This document shows, in pieces, positions 15,718 through 26,168 of a stretch of DNA of 64,000 bases. The DNA comes from a virus. Taxonomy: Duplodnaviria > Caudoviricetes. The stretch is from positions 32,001 through 96,000 of IMG/VR virus record IMGVR_UViG_3300009031_000221; one strand, 5' to 3'. The first letter of the stretch is position 1. Each line of letters begins with the position of its first letter. The translations under genes were made by a program, and so were the position numbers. Below the pieces are notes generated by a model. It saw only the letters and a program-made list of their open reading frames with translations. It had not been told where the DNA came from and did no database searches.

Positions 15718-18700
15718 TTAGGGTCCAGGGACTACACAGGCACGATCCCCAACCAGGAGCAGAAGATTCCGCGTCCTGTACAAGGCGGCACATGTCCGAT
15801 TATCTACAAGTGGGTCCGTGAATCGCACGGTATTCTCATCATCCAATTCGGCAAACCGAGTCAGGACAACCAAAAGCAATTCATTCTTACGATACAGCAA
15901 TCCATCATCCGAACCCGCCACATCCTCAACCGCACGGGCAAGGAATGGGAACAGAACCTTGTGCCGAACCGCACCGTACAAAGGCTGGGAAAGTACCGTT
16001 GGACGATACATCCAGTCCGCAGCAAACGGGTAATAGGCACGAAAATCCGCATCTTTACGGGGTCGTTGATCAGCGGCGGCACCACCAAACTCCAGGATGT
16101 TCTGCCCATCGGCCTGAACAAATGGACGAAGCGCTACCAAACCAGTGTCGGCATTGAAGTCCGCAATGGTCACGTCAGCCGTTCCGCAGAAATACCATTC
16201 CTTGATTTGCCCCGGAATATCACCATCATTGGTAGGCATCTGATCCATAGGCGCCAAGTATGGGAATGCCCGATCCTGTGACCCTGCCCCAACTTGACCC
16301 GTCCACACATCAGAACCCATGCACAGAGGTTCTACATGCAGCGTAGCCGGCAATACGCCAGACCCTATTGTATCCATGACACCTTCCACGACCCCTGCCG
16401 TTTGTGGAGCATTGGTACGGAAGTATACATTCAATTGGTACCCTGAATTTCCATAATTCGGAATTGGATCCTGTGCAAAGTACTCAACCTGACAAAGAGT
16501 TTGTCCCGGATTCGTCAGGATAACGCTGGTCTTCACCAACCTCGAAGATGACCCCCACTCAGTGAGTGCCAAATCGACAACATTCATTCCAGGTGCCAGC
16601 ATATCGGACACCTTTGTATTAGCTCTATCCTCGAAAACCCGACGAGGGAATCGGAGATAATCCTGATCCATGCTAACCAGGTATTCTTCATGCCCCGCCG
16701 TAACCCCAATGGGAACATGCAACTGATCAGGAACTGTAAGTCCCGTAGTATCATTCGCCTGATACTCAAGCTGGACTTCCCGGTAACCTTCGCGGAATCG
16801 AGGGGCCAATAGAGTTTGCATGTCATTGGGTTGTTCGCTTACGTCATCCGCAATAACTGGCCCTGGGCCATTCCCCGCCGTCCCGTCATAAACGGTAGTA
16901 TCAGGATCCAACGGATAATACACAGTATCCGTTGTACCAGCGCCAATTGGATAAGTGATCTCAATCTCTACGAATATGCGGCGTTGGGATCCAAAAAGAA
17001 CAATATCCTGTCCTACCATCGGATATGGAACTGGGAATAATACTGCGCTACCGCTATCTACCAAAGTAGGGTTGGTATCCAATGGGATCTCAACGTGCAG
17101 TGTGCCTAGACCCTGGATAACTCCAGCCTGAACATCTTGGCCTACAGCAGCTACGGAGTAACCGTCATCATGACGAATAGACAACACATCCGTAATGACC
17201 GTGCCAACCGGCATACAATCACTCGTATGCCACGCAGCAGCTACGGAAGGAACGTTGACGCCCCCTTGGAATATGCCACCCAAAGTCGTCGGATTGAATT
17301 GTGTCAGGTCAAGGTGTAGAACGTCACCTACATACCAAGCCGCGGGGTCACTGCCAACAGCCTTGGTGACGTACTTGCCCAAGTTGGTTATCCCAGGGGG
17401 AACCGCACCTACTGTCCTGTCCCCAGGATAAAATGAGAACACAACCCGTTCTACGATGGATTGATCCCCGAACCTACGGGCGATGTGGTCAAAGTCTCGT
17501 TGGAAGTCCCCTCTGGTAGAGGTATTTCCATGGCCTCCATGGGCCGCAGAACGCCCAATGGCATTGCATACCAAGAACTGAGTGGATACATCGCCAGAAC
17601 CATTGCCCAACAACTGCTTGCTAGAAGCATCAATAGACCATGTTCGAGTCGAACCATCCAACAAAGATTGAATTTGGTACTGCAACTCCGCCGAGGTATC
17701 GACACCCGGGAAGATAACATGACGACGCAAGTCCAACAAATTCTCTTGGACAATCACATCCGCAAAGTGCTGGTCAGGACGATCCGACAATCCCGGAGGA
17801 ATCACCCCAATGATGCCCACATAGCCCGCATGGTTCCATAGCGGAGCACAGTTCGTGCCCGTTTCAGGATCAAACCCAAAGAACGGCCCTGTCGATACGT
17901 CATTGTACCTGTGAACGAAGCAAACCGGAATGGCATAGACGAACCCGTCTGCCGCGCCCAATGCGATAGCCGCCGCTTGTGTGCCGTCTCCGGCAACCCA
18001 CAAACCCGAGTCATCGATACCATAGGCGACTGCGGAAGAAGATGCCTCCGTGGTCGTCCTGTCCGCAGGAACGAAGGGATATCCCACAACAGGAGCTACA
18101 TTCCCACACTGTGCGAGAATCGTACGATTGCCCCCGCTCTTCGCGGAAAAGCCGTCCGGGTGCGTTTTGTAATTGACCGCTTCCGGCGTCCCCGTTGAAC
18201 GAAGCCGATATTGAAGCTGAATCCTCTGTGTCGTTTCTGTGTTGACAACAGGATCTTCCAGTTCATCCGGCAAACCAACCGTAGAAGGTGCCAACACGTT
18301 TCCGTGTGGATATAGCGTAGACTGCGTAGGCTTGTTCGGGTAATCCAAACCTCCCGCCAAGTTGACAGGGCCAGGGCCACCCGAAACAGTAATGCATCCC
18401 GCATTGACCAGTACCAATGCCAGGACATGTGCATTGCCTGCCAAGCCCGGGTCGATAGATTGAACGGTCACTACATTGGCATTTGCTCGAGCCGTCACCA
18501 AGGTATTAACCGGGGCAACCGTATTAATCGCGCCTGCAATGCTCAACGCCGTTGCTGTTGCATCTCCGCCAATGGCCCAATCCACACCTTCAGTCAGAAG
18601 GTTCCCATCCACTGAAACCTGATCGCCAGCGACGATGTTCCCGTTGGTCACAACTTCAATTGTTCCGGTTGCCTTCGGGCTAGGGGCTACAATGGCCTTC

Positions 18701-19212
18701 CATACCTCAAGGAATACAAAATCCGTCCGCTTGGTATTGACCCCAGGACCACCATAAATGGTGGGGACGGGCAACGTAATCAGGTTGTATTCAGATGTTG
18801 ACGTATTGGAATACTCAACAACAACAGGCATACCTGCAACTTGAGCTACCAATCGGGGCATGATGAACGAGTTGATCAACATCACCCCATTATGATTAGG
18901 AGCAGGAATGTCCGATAGCAACCCAGCATTCGCGCCTAGCGTATAATCGCAGTATACGTCATGTCGAGTGTGACCCCGTAGCCATCCCGAAGGTGCCTGA
19001 TGACGATTAAGGAGGCTCGCAGCAAACTGATTGGCATCCTGCTGTAGCTGAAATTCTGAATCCAGTACCGCCTTACCGGACTGAAATACAACCGTTTGGA
19101 ATGCCCTATCGCCCACCTTGAGGGAACGCGATACAGTATTCGGCGTCGGATCAGGCATCGCCGCAGGATCTGCAAGGCCACTGTAGAAGTTTTCGTGATC
19201 TTTGACACTCAT
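15718..19212 (-). CDS. Large virion structural protein (DUF6519-like N-terminal motif) with an inserted sheath-type domain, 1164 aa; paralogue of 1..3903
   Basis: RAFQTVVFQSGKAVLDSEFQLQQD, RTDFVFLEVW, QRIQLQYRLR, ADGFVYAIPVC and RPDQHFADVIVQENLLDLRRH each have a collinear counterpart in 1..3903; GGGTAGGAG RBS. Confidence 0.8.
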   Translation of the reverse strand: MSVKDHENFYSGLADPAAMPDPTPNTVSRSLKVGDRAFQTVVFQSGKAVLDSEFQLQQDANQFAASLLNRHQAPSGWLRGHTRHDVYCDYTLGANAGLLSDIPAPNHNGVMLINSFIMPRLVAQVAGMPVVVEYSNTSTSEYNLITLPVPTIYGGPGVNTKRTDFVFLEVWKAIVAPSPKATGTIEVVTNGNIVAGDQVSVDGNLLTEGVDWAIGGDATATALSIAGAINTVAPVNTLVTARANANVVTVQSIDPGLAGNAHVLALVLVNAGCITVSGGPGPVNLAGGLDYPNKPTQSTLYPHGNVLAPSTVGLPDELEDPVVNTETTQRIQLQYRLRSTGTPEAVNYKTHPDGFSAKSGGNRTILAQCGNVAPVVGYPFVPADRTTTEASSSAVAYGIDDSGLWVAGDGTQAAAIALGAADGFVYAIPVCFVHRYNDVSTGPFFGFDPETGTNCAPLWNHAGYVGIIGVIPPGLSDRPDQHFADVIVQENLLDLRRHVIFPGVDTSAELQYQIQSLLDGSTRTWSIDASSKQLLGNGSGDVSTQFLVCNAIGRSAAHGGHGNTSTRGDFQRDFDHIARRFGDQSIVERVVFSFYPGDRTVGAVPPGITNLGKYVTKAVGSDPAAWYVGDVLHLDLTQFNPTTLGGIFQGGVNVPSVAAAWHTSDCMPVGTVITDVLSIRHDDGYSVAAVGQDVQAGVIQGLGTLHVEIPLDTNPTLVDSGSAVLFPVPYPMVGQDIVLFGSQRRIFVEIEITYPIGAGTTDTVYYPLDPDTTVYDGTAGNGPGPVIADDVSEQPNDMQTLLAPRFREGYREVQLEYQANDTTGLTVPDQLHVPIGVTAGHEEYLVSMDQDYLRFPRRVFEDRANTKVSDMLAPGMNVVDLALTEWGSSSRLVKTSVILTNPGQTLCQVEYFAQDPIPNYGNSGYQLNVYFRTNAPQTAGVVEGVMDTIGSGVLPATLHVEPLCMGSDVWTGQVGAGSQDRAFPYLAPMDQMPTNDGDIPGQIKEWYFCGTADVTIADFNADTGLVALRPFVQADGQNILEFGGAAADQRPRKDADFRAYYPFAADWMYRPTVLSQPLYGAVRHKVLFPFLARAVEDVAGSDDGLLYRKNELLLVVLTRFAELDDENTVRFTDPLVDNRTCAALYRTRNLLLLVGDRACVVPGP

Positions 19213-19234
19213 TAGGTCAATCTCCTACCCATGA

Positions 19235-19912
19235 TCAGAATGTGATCCGCCACGTAATCGTAAGGATAGCGGTTGCGGGCTTCGAAATCACGCTGAAGGT
19301 CAAGTAATTGGCCAACAGATCCTGATTGCTCATGTTGAGCGTGGTGTCCCGAGCCCCCCACAAAGCCGGACCATTATTGATCCAGTTCGTGGTTCCTGGA
19401 TTCGAACTAAACGTAGCTACTACACCCATTTCATTCAATGGCCCTACAGCTTCCGTTTCAATGAACGTTGCGGTAAAGTCCACAATATTCGTAGGATAAT
19501 TAACTGCGACACCAGCCCCATCACGAAACTGCGCCGAAGAAAACGCCTTGCGCTGAATCTGATTGTTCAATCTGCGCTGATTTGGCGTTGGCGCATCCGG
19601 CGCCAATAGATTACCTGTGGCGCCCGTGCCTATACTGAGCATAGTCAACCCCTTATTGGGGCTAGAACCAAGTACCGAGGGATCACGACTATCCCGGAAA
19701 AGACGAGCAGCAAGGATTCCCGCATCATACGTAATTACATTAGGCTTTTCCCAATGTGCTAATACTTCACCTGTATTGGCGTCCCGCATATCGAATATAA
19801 ACCCGCCCTTGGCATGGCTTGTCAAAAAGGGGTCGGCAAAGGTTCCCATGTCCATTCCCATCTTTATACCTTGTCCCGGTCGGTCAAATTTTTCTTGATG
19901 CATTTGAGCCAT
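19235..19912 (-). CDS. Tail-collar/fibre-attachment protein (DUF3751/gpH-N-like), 225 aa
   Basis: Pattern NVITYDAG.LAA...LSIGTG...Q..L.....RK...VDFTATF...EAVGPLNEMGV...FSVISK...LTITWRITF resembles fibre N-terminal adaptor proteins. Confidence 0.65.
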   Translation of the reverse strand: MAQMHQEKFDRPGQGIKMGMDMGTFADPFLTSHAKGGFIFDMRDANTGEVLAHWEKPNVITYDAGILAARLFRDSRDPSVLGSSPNKGLTMLSIGTGATGNLLAPDAPTPNQRRLNNQIQRKAFSSAQFRDGAGVAVNYPTNIVDFTATFIETEAVGPLNEMGVVATFSSNPGTTNWINNGPALWGARDTTLNMSNQDLLANYLTFSVISKPATAILTITWRITF

Positions 19913-19962
19913 ATCTACCTCTACCTCACAGGGGCAGTGATAGGGACTCTACCGATGAAGCC

Positions 19963-22900
19963 CTAAACGGTAATGTAAAATACAGCCCCTTGAGGCAACA
20001 AATTACCGCCCTGAAGGGTAAATGCCTTAAGAGGATCATGTACGCCATTCGTCAATGACACACTACCCCCGCCAAGCAGAGACTGTTGTGTGATATCCAC
20101 AACAGGAAGCGGAGGAGGAGGGATTGTCGGCGACGCGGAAAGAGCCCGCATTCCACCCCATGGGCCAAGGTGTGAAAAATCCCCTCCGCCAACCATTATA
20201 GCCAAAGCAGCCCCATCACCAACGACAGCGCCACTAGGGTTAGGATTGTAATTCGGTGGCAACGTAGGAGGAGTGCTATCCGAAGCGGCGGGCAACGTAT
20301 CATCTAGCAATGTGCTATGCCCAACTTGGTCTGTCAGCACTTCTTGCAATCGCATATACCATTGCGTACTACGGTTGATCGCCCCCGCATCCGTACCTGC
20401 TTTCACCGTTCCAGAACGAGCATTCGGGTAGAGAAGTACCGTGCCCGGACCTAATGTGCCGCCAAGGGGTTTCTGTCCTATGACCTTGCCTGTCCCATCA
20501 ACCACCGGCCCCATGTAATTGCCGCCAGAGGCCATGAAGAACTTGCCGGGCATGCCGCCGCCTTGTTCCAAAGCCTCTTTCTTGGGTGATATAGGATGCT
20601 CCGAAAACTCGCGACCCTTGAAATCTAGAACCTGCGCCCCTACACCTTGACCAACATGAACACCGGTATTGGCGCCTGTGTTGTCATAGATGAATTCGCC
20701 CTCATTCGAAGACCACCCGGACAGTCCGACTGGAAGTGTTCCTTCCCCAGCAATCGTAATGAGGCTGTTCCACCCACCGTTGTCTACGGTCATGAACTTC
20801 ATGTTTTCGTAAAGCGCTGCGGGAGATACTGTCAATGCCTCATAGATCGTATTTGGATCCGGGGCCAAATCTGGGTCTTGGTATATGCCCCCAGCGAATA
20901 CCAACTTTGTATCCGGGTCTTGTTGACTCTTCGGAACCGGAGGAGTGCCCTCGTTCAAAAGGGTCATACTATCCAGCAACGGCTGTGCCATCAAATACGT
21001 ATCCGTGACAGGCTTGCCAGGATAATAAGTCACTGCAACCGGATTTCCTGAGAACGTAACATAACTGTTGTTCGGTTCAGGAGCAGGCAATTGATTGAGC
21101 GTAATCAGTTGTGACAATGGATCAAATGTCCATTCATCCTGAGTATAAAGCCTATTTCCATCTACGATCTTGTAGATGTCACGGGCGTAGATGTGCGTAG
21201 GCTTGAGTGTGACCCAACGGAACCCTTGCCCCTTCACGACCTCTATGGGATTGATGACCACATTTTCCAGGGTCGCATCCAGAATGGGCTCGCCACTTGT
21301 CATGACATTGAACTGGTTCAACACCATATGCTGAGGCTGCTTCCAATCATCCGTCAACGGCTTGAATAGCCTGAAGTTCACATCCTCCCACCATTGCTGG
21401 GTGATAGACCGGGAATCAAATGACCCGAATCCGACAAATCCCATATTGCTGGGCACATAAGGAAGGTTGCGATACTCGACGTTGATCCAACCTGCAGCAG
21501 GGACAGCATTCTCCGTGGCGAAATCTGCAGGAGGTCCAAGGTAATATGGGGGCGGCGCCTGATCGGGGCGGAATACCGTGACACCCCATGTCCAAGTGCG
21601 TTGCACTCGAACCTGCATGGAGGAACGCCAGTCCATATCCTCAATGGTGGGGCCTACCTGATCAGAGTTCTTTGCCGATGATGAGTCCCTACGAGGGATT
21701 TCCCACTGGTCAATATCATCCTTGTCCCCGCCAAGCCAAACACCTAGTGTCCGATGTACGTTTGCATGTGGCAATACCGCGTAGGATGCAGCCCGCCAGA
21801 TAACCTTGCCCGCCCCTCCTACGTCCGTAACCCCGAACAGAGATCGATGATTACCGGAACCTTGTGCCCCGAACAAGGCAATGTTGACTGCAGGAGCCAT
21901 GAACGTTTCATCAACGAACAATGACACCGTGCCACTGGATTCAACCACCCGGTAAGTATGGAGCGCCCCGTCCGTCCAATCGAATGTGTATGCCTGAACC
22001 AAGGCGAAGTTATTAGGCTGAACCAAACGAACCTGAGGAGTTGCCCCATTCATATACAGGGTTACTGCTACCCCATCCGTTGCTGCAGCGCCTACATCAG
22101 CCGTCATGAATATGCCGGTGGCACCTGTTGCATGCGGAACGTAAGCAGCATCGACCGCAATTGATGCCTCAATAACTCGATCCCCGCTATCAGGAGCAAT
22201 CAAATTCGCCATTGGAAGGGCTTTGGAGTACCGAACAAATTGACCCAGGACTTGATCAATTACCAAATCGGATTCGTGGTTATAGGCGTCCCCGGTAACA
22301 GGGTCTAGGATCTTTGTCCACCCCTGTTCACTGAGTTTCACCAAGCCCGCCATACTGACTGCAGGCATACGGACGATTTGCCTGTATGGGTCAAGGGCTA
22401 CATTCTCGTAATAGGCGATTGTGGCTACCCGAGCTTCCCTTGTCCCATCATTCAGGACAATCTCGGCATCCCCCGCACCAAGAACAGCACTATCCACATG
22501 GAACGTTGCTGTCAAGTCTATATTAGAATCCTTCGTGAAGAAGGGTTCATTACGCCCATAGGCAAATGTCGTGTTCAGGGTTTCATTGGATGACGTGGAC
22601 TTGATGCATAGTTCCCCGCCTAGGAGCCTCGAATATCCAAATGCTTGTGTTTGGAACCATGATTGATCCGGTTGATCTTCAGGCAATACGGACATATCCG
22701 TTGTTGCCATCTTCGAGTGCCCGCGAATGGCGGTATCGTCAGGGACAACGCCGTAACGGATGAAACTCCACGAGGCGTTACTCTTGGCAACGTAACTCAA
22801 TGACCCCCAGAAAACGGCTCCCGTATCCTGTCCGCCCTGTCCAAGGAACAATGCCAACGATGTTTCCGCCGGCTGCGGGGTTGCCGTCACAACGTCATCA

Positions 22901-25539
22901 AATTCAGTCACAAATGTCGATGTCAAACCTGCCATCGACAACTGCACAAGCTTCTTCGCAGCCTGTTTCACTCCAAATCGATCTACGTTGACCCGATTTA
23001 CCAAGGTCATACGGTAAGTTGAAGGCTTCCCTGTCCAAATAGTCTCGAATAGCGCATCGGGATACTTGTTGCCGTACTTATTAATCGCAGCCGGGAATGC
23101 CGTGGTCAATGTCAGCGTTGTGTTACCATCACTATGCCGAACGATATGAGAAACCGTATAGACACCCGCCTGCGTCTGAGGTGCCAGAATCTGGAATCGA
23201 TTGCCTACAACGATACTCGTTGGAATCGATGCAGTTGGGAAGCTGACCGTGGTCGGGGTTAGAATTGTAGCCTTGACTTTAGGCCCGATCTGCCACGAAG
23301 CCAATAGATGCGGATACCGGGCGTCTACCAATAGACCAACGTGCTCTACATCGTTTACCTTCAGGTTGCCTACCAGGTAGAGCCGTTTGTCATCGTGGAT
23401 ACCAAAACCAACACCGGAGAACACCCCATCCAAAGTCGTACTGTTTACCATGTATCGAGACACTACGGTCACAGATGATGGGAATGACAAATCTGTCCCA
23501 TGCCGATACAGGGTGCAAGGAGGGTTAGCGGAGTAGGATCCCGTTTGGTTGTCGTCTACAACATAGGTGATGTCCTGAATCGTATTGCCATTCACAACGA
23601 TATCGTGAATGGCTACGCCGCCTGCGTCTGCCCCAACCAATTCCCAGGCATCATTGACCGGGGGAGTCGTACCTTCATAGGCAACGCTTACACCCTGAGG
23701 GATTTGCTCGAATCCAGGGATCAGGTAATTGGCAGGGTTCTGATTGAGCACCATCGTTGTGGCGCTATTCAACAATGCAGAGGATTCCTTCTCGAATCCC
23801 ATATACCGATGCCCGATTAGCAAAGGCTCAGGCGTATCCATGGGCCCAAGGACAATGCCCATGGGGAATCGAGAAATATCGGGAGCGCCACGCCTATTGT
23901 ATGGGATGTACGTCAACAGCCGAGTATCCCAGCCCGTCCAATCAACGGCACCGTTGTCATGGAATCCGTTGATGTTGCGATCCCACTTGTTCAGCACCTG
24001 ACCATCGGCATTCAAGCCTGTCATCTCCATGACAGGACTTGCCAACCATATGTAGTCCGCCTTCACATCAATGCTGCCAGGAGGCATAAACGGAATTGGG
24101 ACGGCAAGGGTAATCTTGCCAATGTGAGGATTGACATCGGATACAACAACAGGAACGTTGTTGACCCGAACGGCCACATCATTCTTGGTGGCGGGGGTCA
24201 TGTCTCCCCAGTCCTTCACCAAGGGGCCGCGATTCGTCAGGATAAAGTCTCGAGTCAGGGCATTTGACCCTTGGAATACCGATTGCCAATCGTGCAGGAA
24301 GTTCCATGCTGCGGAATAAACCGTATGGCTAGCGAATGCATTGATGGAATCAAGTCTGAATCCTGCTATGCTTGTAGCGGCATCCAACAATGCAAAGGAC
24401 ACACCGGGAATATTTGATGCACAAACCCCATCCAAGTTTGTAATGAGGGTTGACCACACGGGCAAACCATTCACTACAAGGGTGTAGATTCCCGCCAAGG
24501 CATTCCGAATAAACGAAATGTGAGCAGGCCCCGTTGACCAACCTGATAGGATAACGACACTGAAAGTTCCGCTACTTACGTAGATTTCATCCACGCCTGC
24601 ATTCTGTCGAAATACAATATTGACTAATGCCCCTCCATTTGCAATATCTGCCACAGCCAATTGTGCTATCGGCACAATGCCTACAAAGGAAGACAAAGGC
24701 GGGGTGTAAACAGCCGTGCTAGCATCAAATATGGCGTCTACTTGATAAGTAGATGTGGGGTCTAACCTTCCAGTAATGTCCCCGAAGTCCCACCCATACA
24801 CAACGGATGCAGGGCGGGAAATTTCTAGAACTCCACCCGATACTACAGAAGTGCCCACACCGGGATTAATTTCACTGCCGACAAAGTTAGTCCCCGCCGA
24901 AGGCAAATACGACCCATCGTACTCAGCAATCCCAGCAGGAGCAATACGGCTAGTGTAATGCAGGGTTGTCATCCCTAAAGTGCGTAGTAATATCTTGGTG
25001 TAATCGCCCTCATAGGGAAATACGACGCTATCGATTTGAATCCCAATAGGGTAGGACTCTACGGCTAATATTGAATATAGGGCAGGGTCTGAAAGATCCT
25101 GAGGTAGAAGGGGGTGGCTAAATGTGAGTAGGATGTCTTCGCCTGTTGGGCACGTTACGGCATACGTAGGGGATTCCCCTAGAGCGTAAAACGTAACAAC
25201 AGTGGCGTCGATAGGAATGCCGTGAATACTAGTTGGGCCGGAAGCCGAAACATCATACGTCCCACCCATGGTTGTACCAGAGTGTGCAATGATGACAGAA
25301 GTCGCCCACGTATCCCCATAAACCCCTAATACCACACTGGATATAATGGGGGTTGCCCCAATGATAGGAGAAAATGAATAGGACGCTGAATCAAGTAGCG
25401 CCAGGTTTGACAGCGCCATGGGTTCCGAAAACGTTACCTCTATTTCCCATCCATCAAGGCTGACCACGGATATAATGGATGGTGTAGAAACCATCCATTG
25501 ACCCATCGGCCATGGTAATATCGGGGAACCAGGAAGCAT
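19963..25539 (-). CDS. Multi-domain virion protein with N-terminal Ig-like repeats and lectin/LamG-like beta-sandwich domains, 1858 aa
   Basis: Two tandem units (IEVTFSEPM...DSASYSF and ILLTFSHPL...DPALYSI); segments such as FDWTDGALHTYRVVESSGTVSLFVDE and GIYTLVVNG. Confidence 0.65.
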   Translation of the reverse strand: MLPGSPILPWPMGQWMVSTPSIISVVSLDGWEIEVTFSEPMALSNLALLDSASYSFSPIIGATPIISSVVLGVYGDTWATSVIIAHSGTTMGGTYDVSASGPTSIHGIPIDATVVTFYALGESPTYAVTCPTGEDILLTFSHPLLPQDLSDPALYSILAVESYPIGIQIDSVVFPYEGDYTKILLRTLGMTTLHYTSRIAPAGIAEYDGSYLPSAGTNFVGSEINPGVGTSVVSGGVLEISRPASVVYGWDFGDITGRLDPTSTYQVDAIFDASTAVYTPPLSSFVGIVPIAQLAVADIANGGALVNIVFRQNAGVDEIYVSSGTFSVVILSGWSTGPAHISFIRNALAGIYTLVVNGLPVWSTLITNLDGVCASNIPGVSFALLDAATSIAGFRLDSINAFASHTVYSAAWNFLHDWQSVFQGSNALTRDFILTNRGPLVKDWGDMTPATKNDVAVRVNNVPVVVSDVNPHIGKITLAVPIPFMPPGSIDVKADYIWLASPVMEMTGLNADGQVLNKWDRNINGFHDNGAVDWTGWDTRLLTYIPYNRRGAPDISRFPMGIVLGPMDTPEPLLIGHRYMGFEKESSALLNSATTMVLNQNPANYLIPGFEQIPQGVSVAYEGTTPPVNDAWELVGADAGGVAIHDIVVNGNTIQDITYVVDDNQTGSYSANPPCTLYRHGTDLSFPSSVTVVSRYMVNSTTLDGVFSGVGFGIHDDKRLYLVGNLKVNDVEHVGLLVDARYPHLLASWQIGPKVKATILTPTTVSFPTASIPTSIVVGNRFQILAPQTQAGVYTVSHIVRHSDGNTTLTLTTAFPAAINKYGNKYPDALFETIWTGKPSTYRMTLVNRVNVDRFGVKQAAKKLVQLSMAGLTSTFVTEFDDVVTATPQPAETSLALFLGQGGQDTGAVFWGSLSYVAKSNASWSFIRYGVVPDDTAIRGHSKMATTDMSVLPEDQPDQSWFQTQAFGYSRLLGGELCIKSTSSNETLNTTFAYGRNEPFFTKDSNIDLTATFHVDSAVLGAGDAEIVLNDGTREARVATIAYYENVALDPYRQIVRMPAVSMAGLVKLSEQGWTKILDPVTGDAYNHESDLVIDQVLGQFVRYSKALPMANLIAPDSGDRVIEASIAVDAAYVPHATGATGIFMTADVGAAATDGVAVTLYMNGATPQVRLVQPNNFALVQAYTFDWTDGALHTYRVVESSGTVSLFVDETFMAPAVNIALFGAQGSGNHRSLFGVTDVGGAGKVIWRAASYAVLPHANVHRTLGVWLGGDKDDIDQWEIPRRDSSSAKNSDQVGPTIEDMDWRSSMQVRVQRTWTWGVTVFRPDQAPPPYYLGPPADFATENAVPAAGWINVEYRNLPYVPSNMGFVGFGSFDSRSITQQWWEDVNFRLFKPLTDDWKQPQHMVLNQFNVMTSGEPILDATLENVVINPIEVVKGQGFRWVTLKPTHIYARDIYKIVDGNRLYTQDEWTFDPLSQLITLNQLPAPEPNNSYVTFSGNPVAVTYYPGKPVTDTYLMAQPLLDSMTLLNEGTPPVPKSQQDPDTKLVFAGGIYQDPDLAPDPNTIYEALTVSPAALYENMKFMTVDNGGWNSLITIAGEGTLPVGLSGWSSNEGEFIYDNTGANTGVHVGQGVGAQVLDFKGREFSEHPISPKKEALEQGGGMPGKFFMASGGNYMGPVVDGTGKVIGQKPLGGTLGPGTVLLYPNARSGTVKAGTDAGAINRSTQWYMRLQEVLTDQVGHSTLLDDTLPAASDSTPPTLPPNYNPNPSGAVVGDGAALAIMVGGGDFSHLGPWGGMRALSASPTIPPPPLPVVDITQQSLLGGGSVSLTNGVHDPLKAFTLQGGNLLPQGAVFYITV

Positions 25540-25549
25540 GGATTACCCC

Positions 25550-26125
25550 TTAGGCAGGAACTTCGGGTTTCCCACGTTCGTACACATTACCCAGTATTCC
25601 AGTAGGATTCCCGTCCGCGTCTTTCAAAGGCCACCAGCTTAATAGCACAAGCCCCGTATCATCATAAATTTCTAACCGTTGGGCTGCCACATTTAGCTTG
25701 GTCCTGTTGTTTGCGATAGTTGCAGCAATGGTGGATTGATTCGCGGCATTTGCCATGTGCGTTGCAACCAAATCCGATGCAGCGCACAACCCCTCATACC
25801 TATAACCCCATTCAAACATGCCGTTCTGAGAGCTATAAGTCCCATCTTCAATGACTGCGGTACTAAATAGAAACAGCCCAGATCTGTAATTCCCAGCGTT
25901 AGGGATTATCAGGACCCATTCCCCATAAGTGGGGTCAACGGTGGTATTAACAAACCCACCACCACCACCGGTCAGGCACAAGTAATTCACTCTTACCGTA
26001 TAGCTAACCGGAAACATTGGGGCGATAGATTTGATTGTGTTGGCGGGCACGCTGCCGTTCAATTTCCAAGGACGTTCCAGAACTATGATAACGTCATCTG
26101 TAGCACGGAACTGATACATGGTCAC
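25550..26125 (-). CDS. Hypothetical virion protein, 191 aa
   Basis: ORF in operon orientation; GTG or ATG start with GAGG upstream; C-terminal NRTKLNVAAQRLEIYDDTG...WPLKDADG. Confidence 0.65.
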   Translation of the reverse strand: MTMYQFRATDDVIIVLERPWKLNGSVPANTIKSIAPMFPVSYTVRVNYLCLTGGGGGFVNTTVDPTYGEWVLIIPNAGNYRSGLFLFSTAVIEDGTYSSQNGMFEWGYRYEGLCAASDLVATHMANAANQSTIAATIANNRTKLNVAAQRLEIYDDTGLVLLSWWPLKDADGNPTGILGNVYERGKPEVPA

Positions 26126-26168
26126 CTCGATTCTTCAAGCACCCTACAAACTAGCCTAGATAACCCTT

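Noticed and set aside
1-26125. Diversity-generating retroelement or invertible fibre shufflon
   Set aside because: No reverse transcriptase, recombinase, near-identical template/variable repeat pair or flanking inverted sites were seen; the paralogy is old and visible only at protein level. Such elements outside the window are not excluded.
24300-26130. Slightly AT-richer patch as a recently swapped module
   Set aside because: Hand-counted lines (40-52% GC) overlap the range seen in other structural genes; a proper sliding-window analysis is needed.
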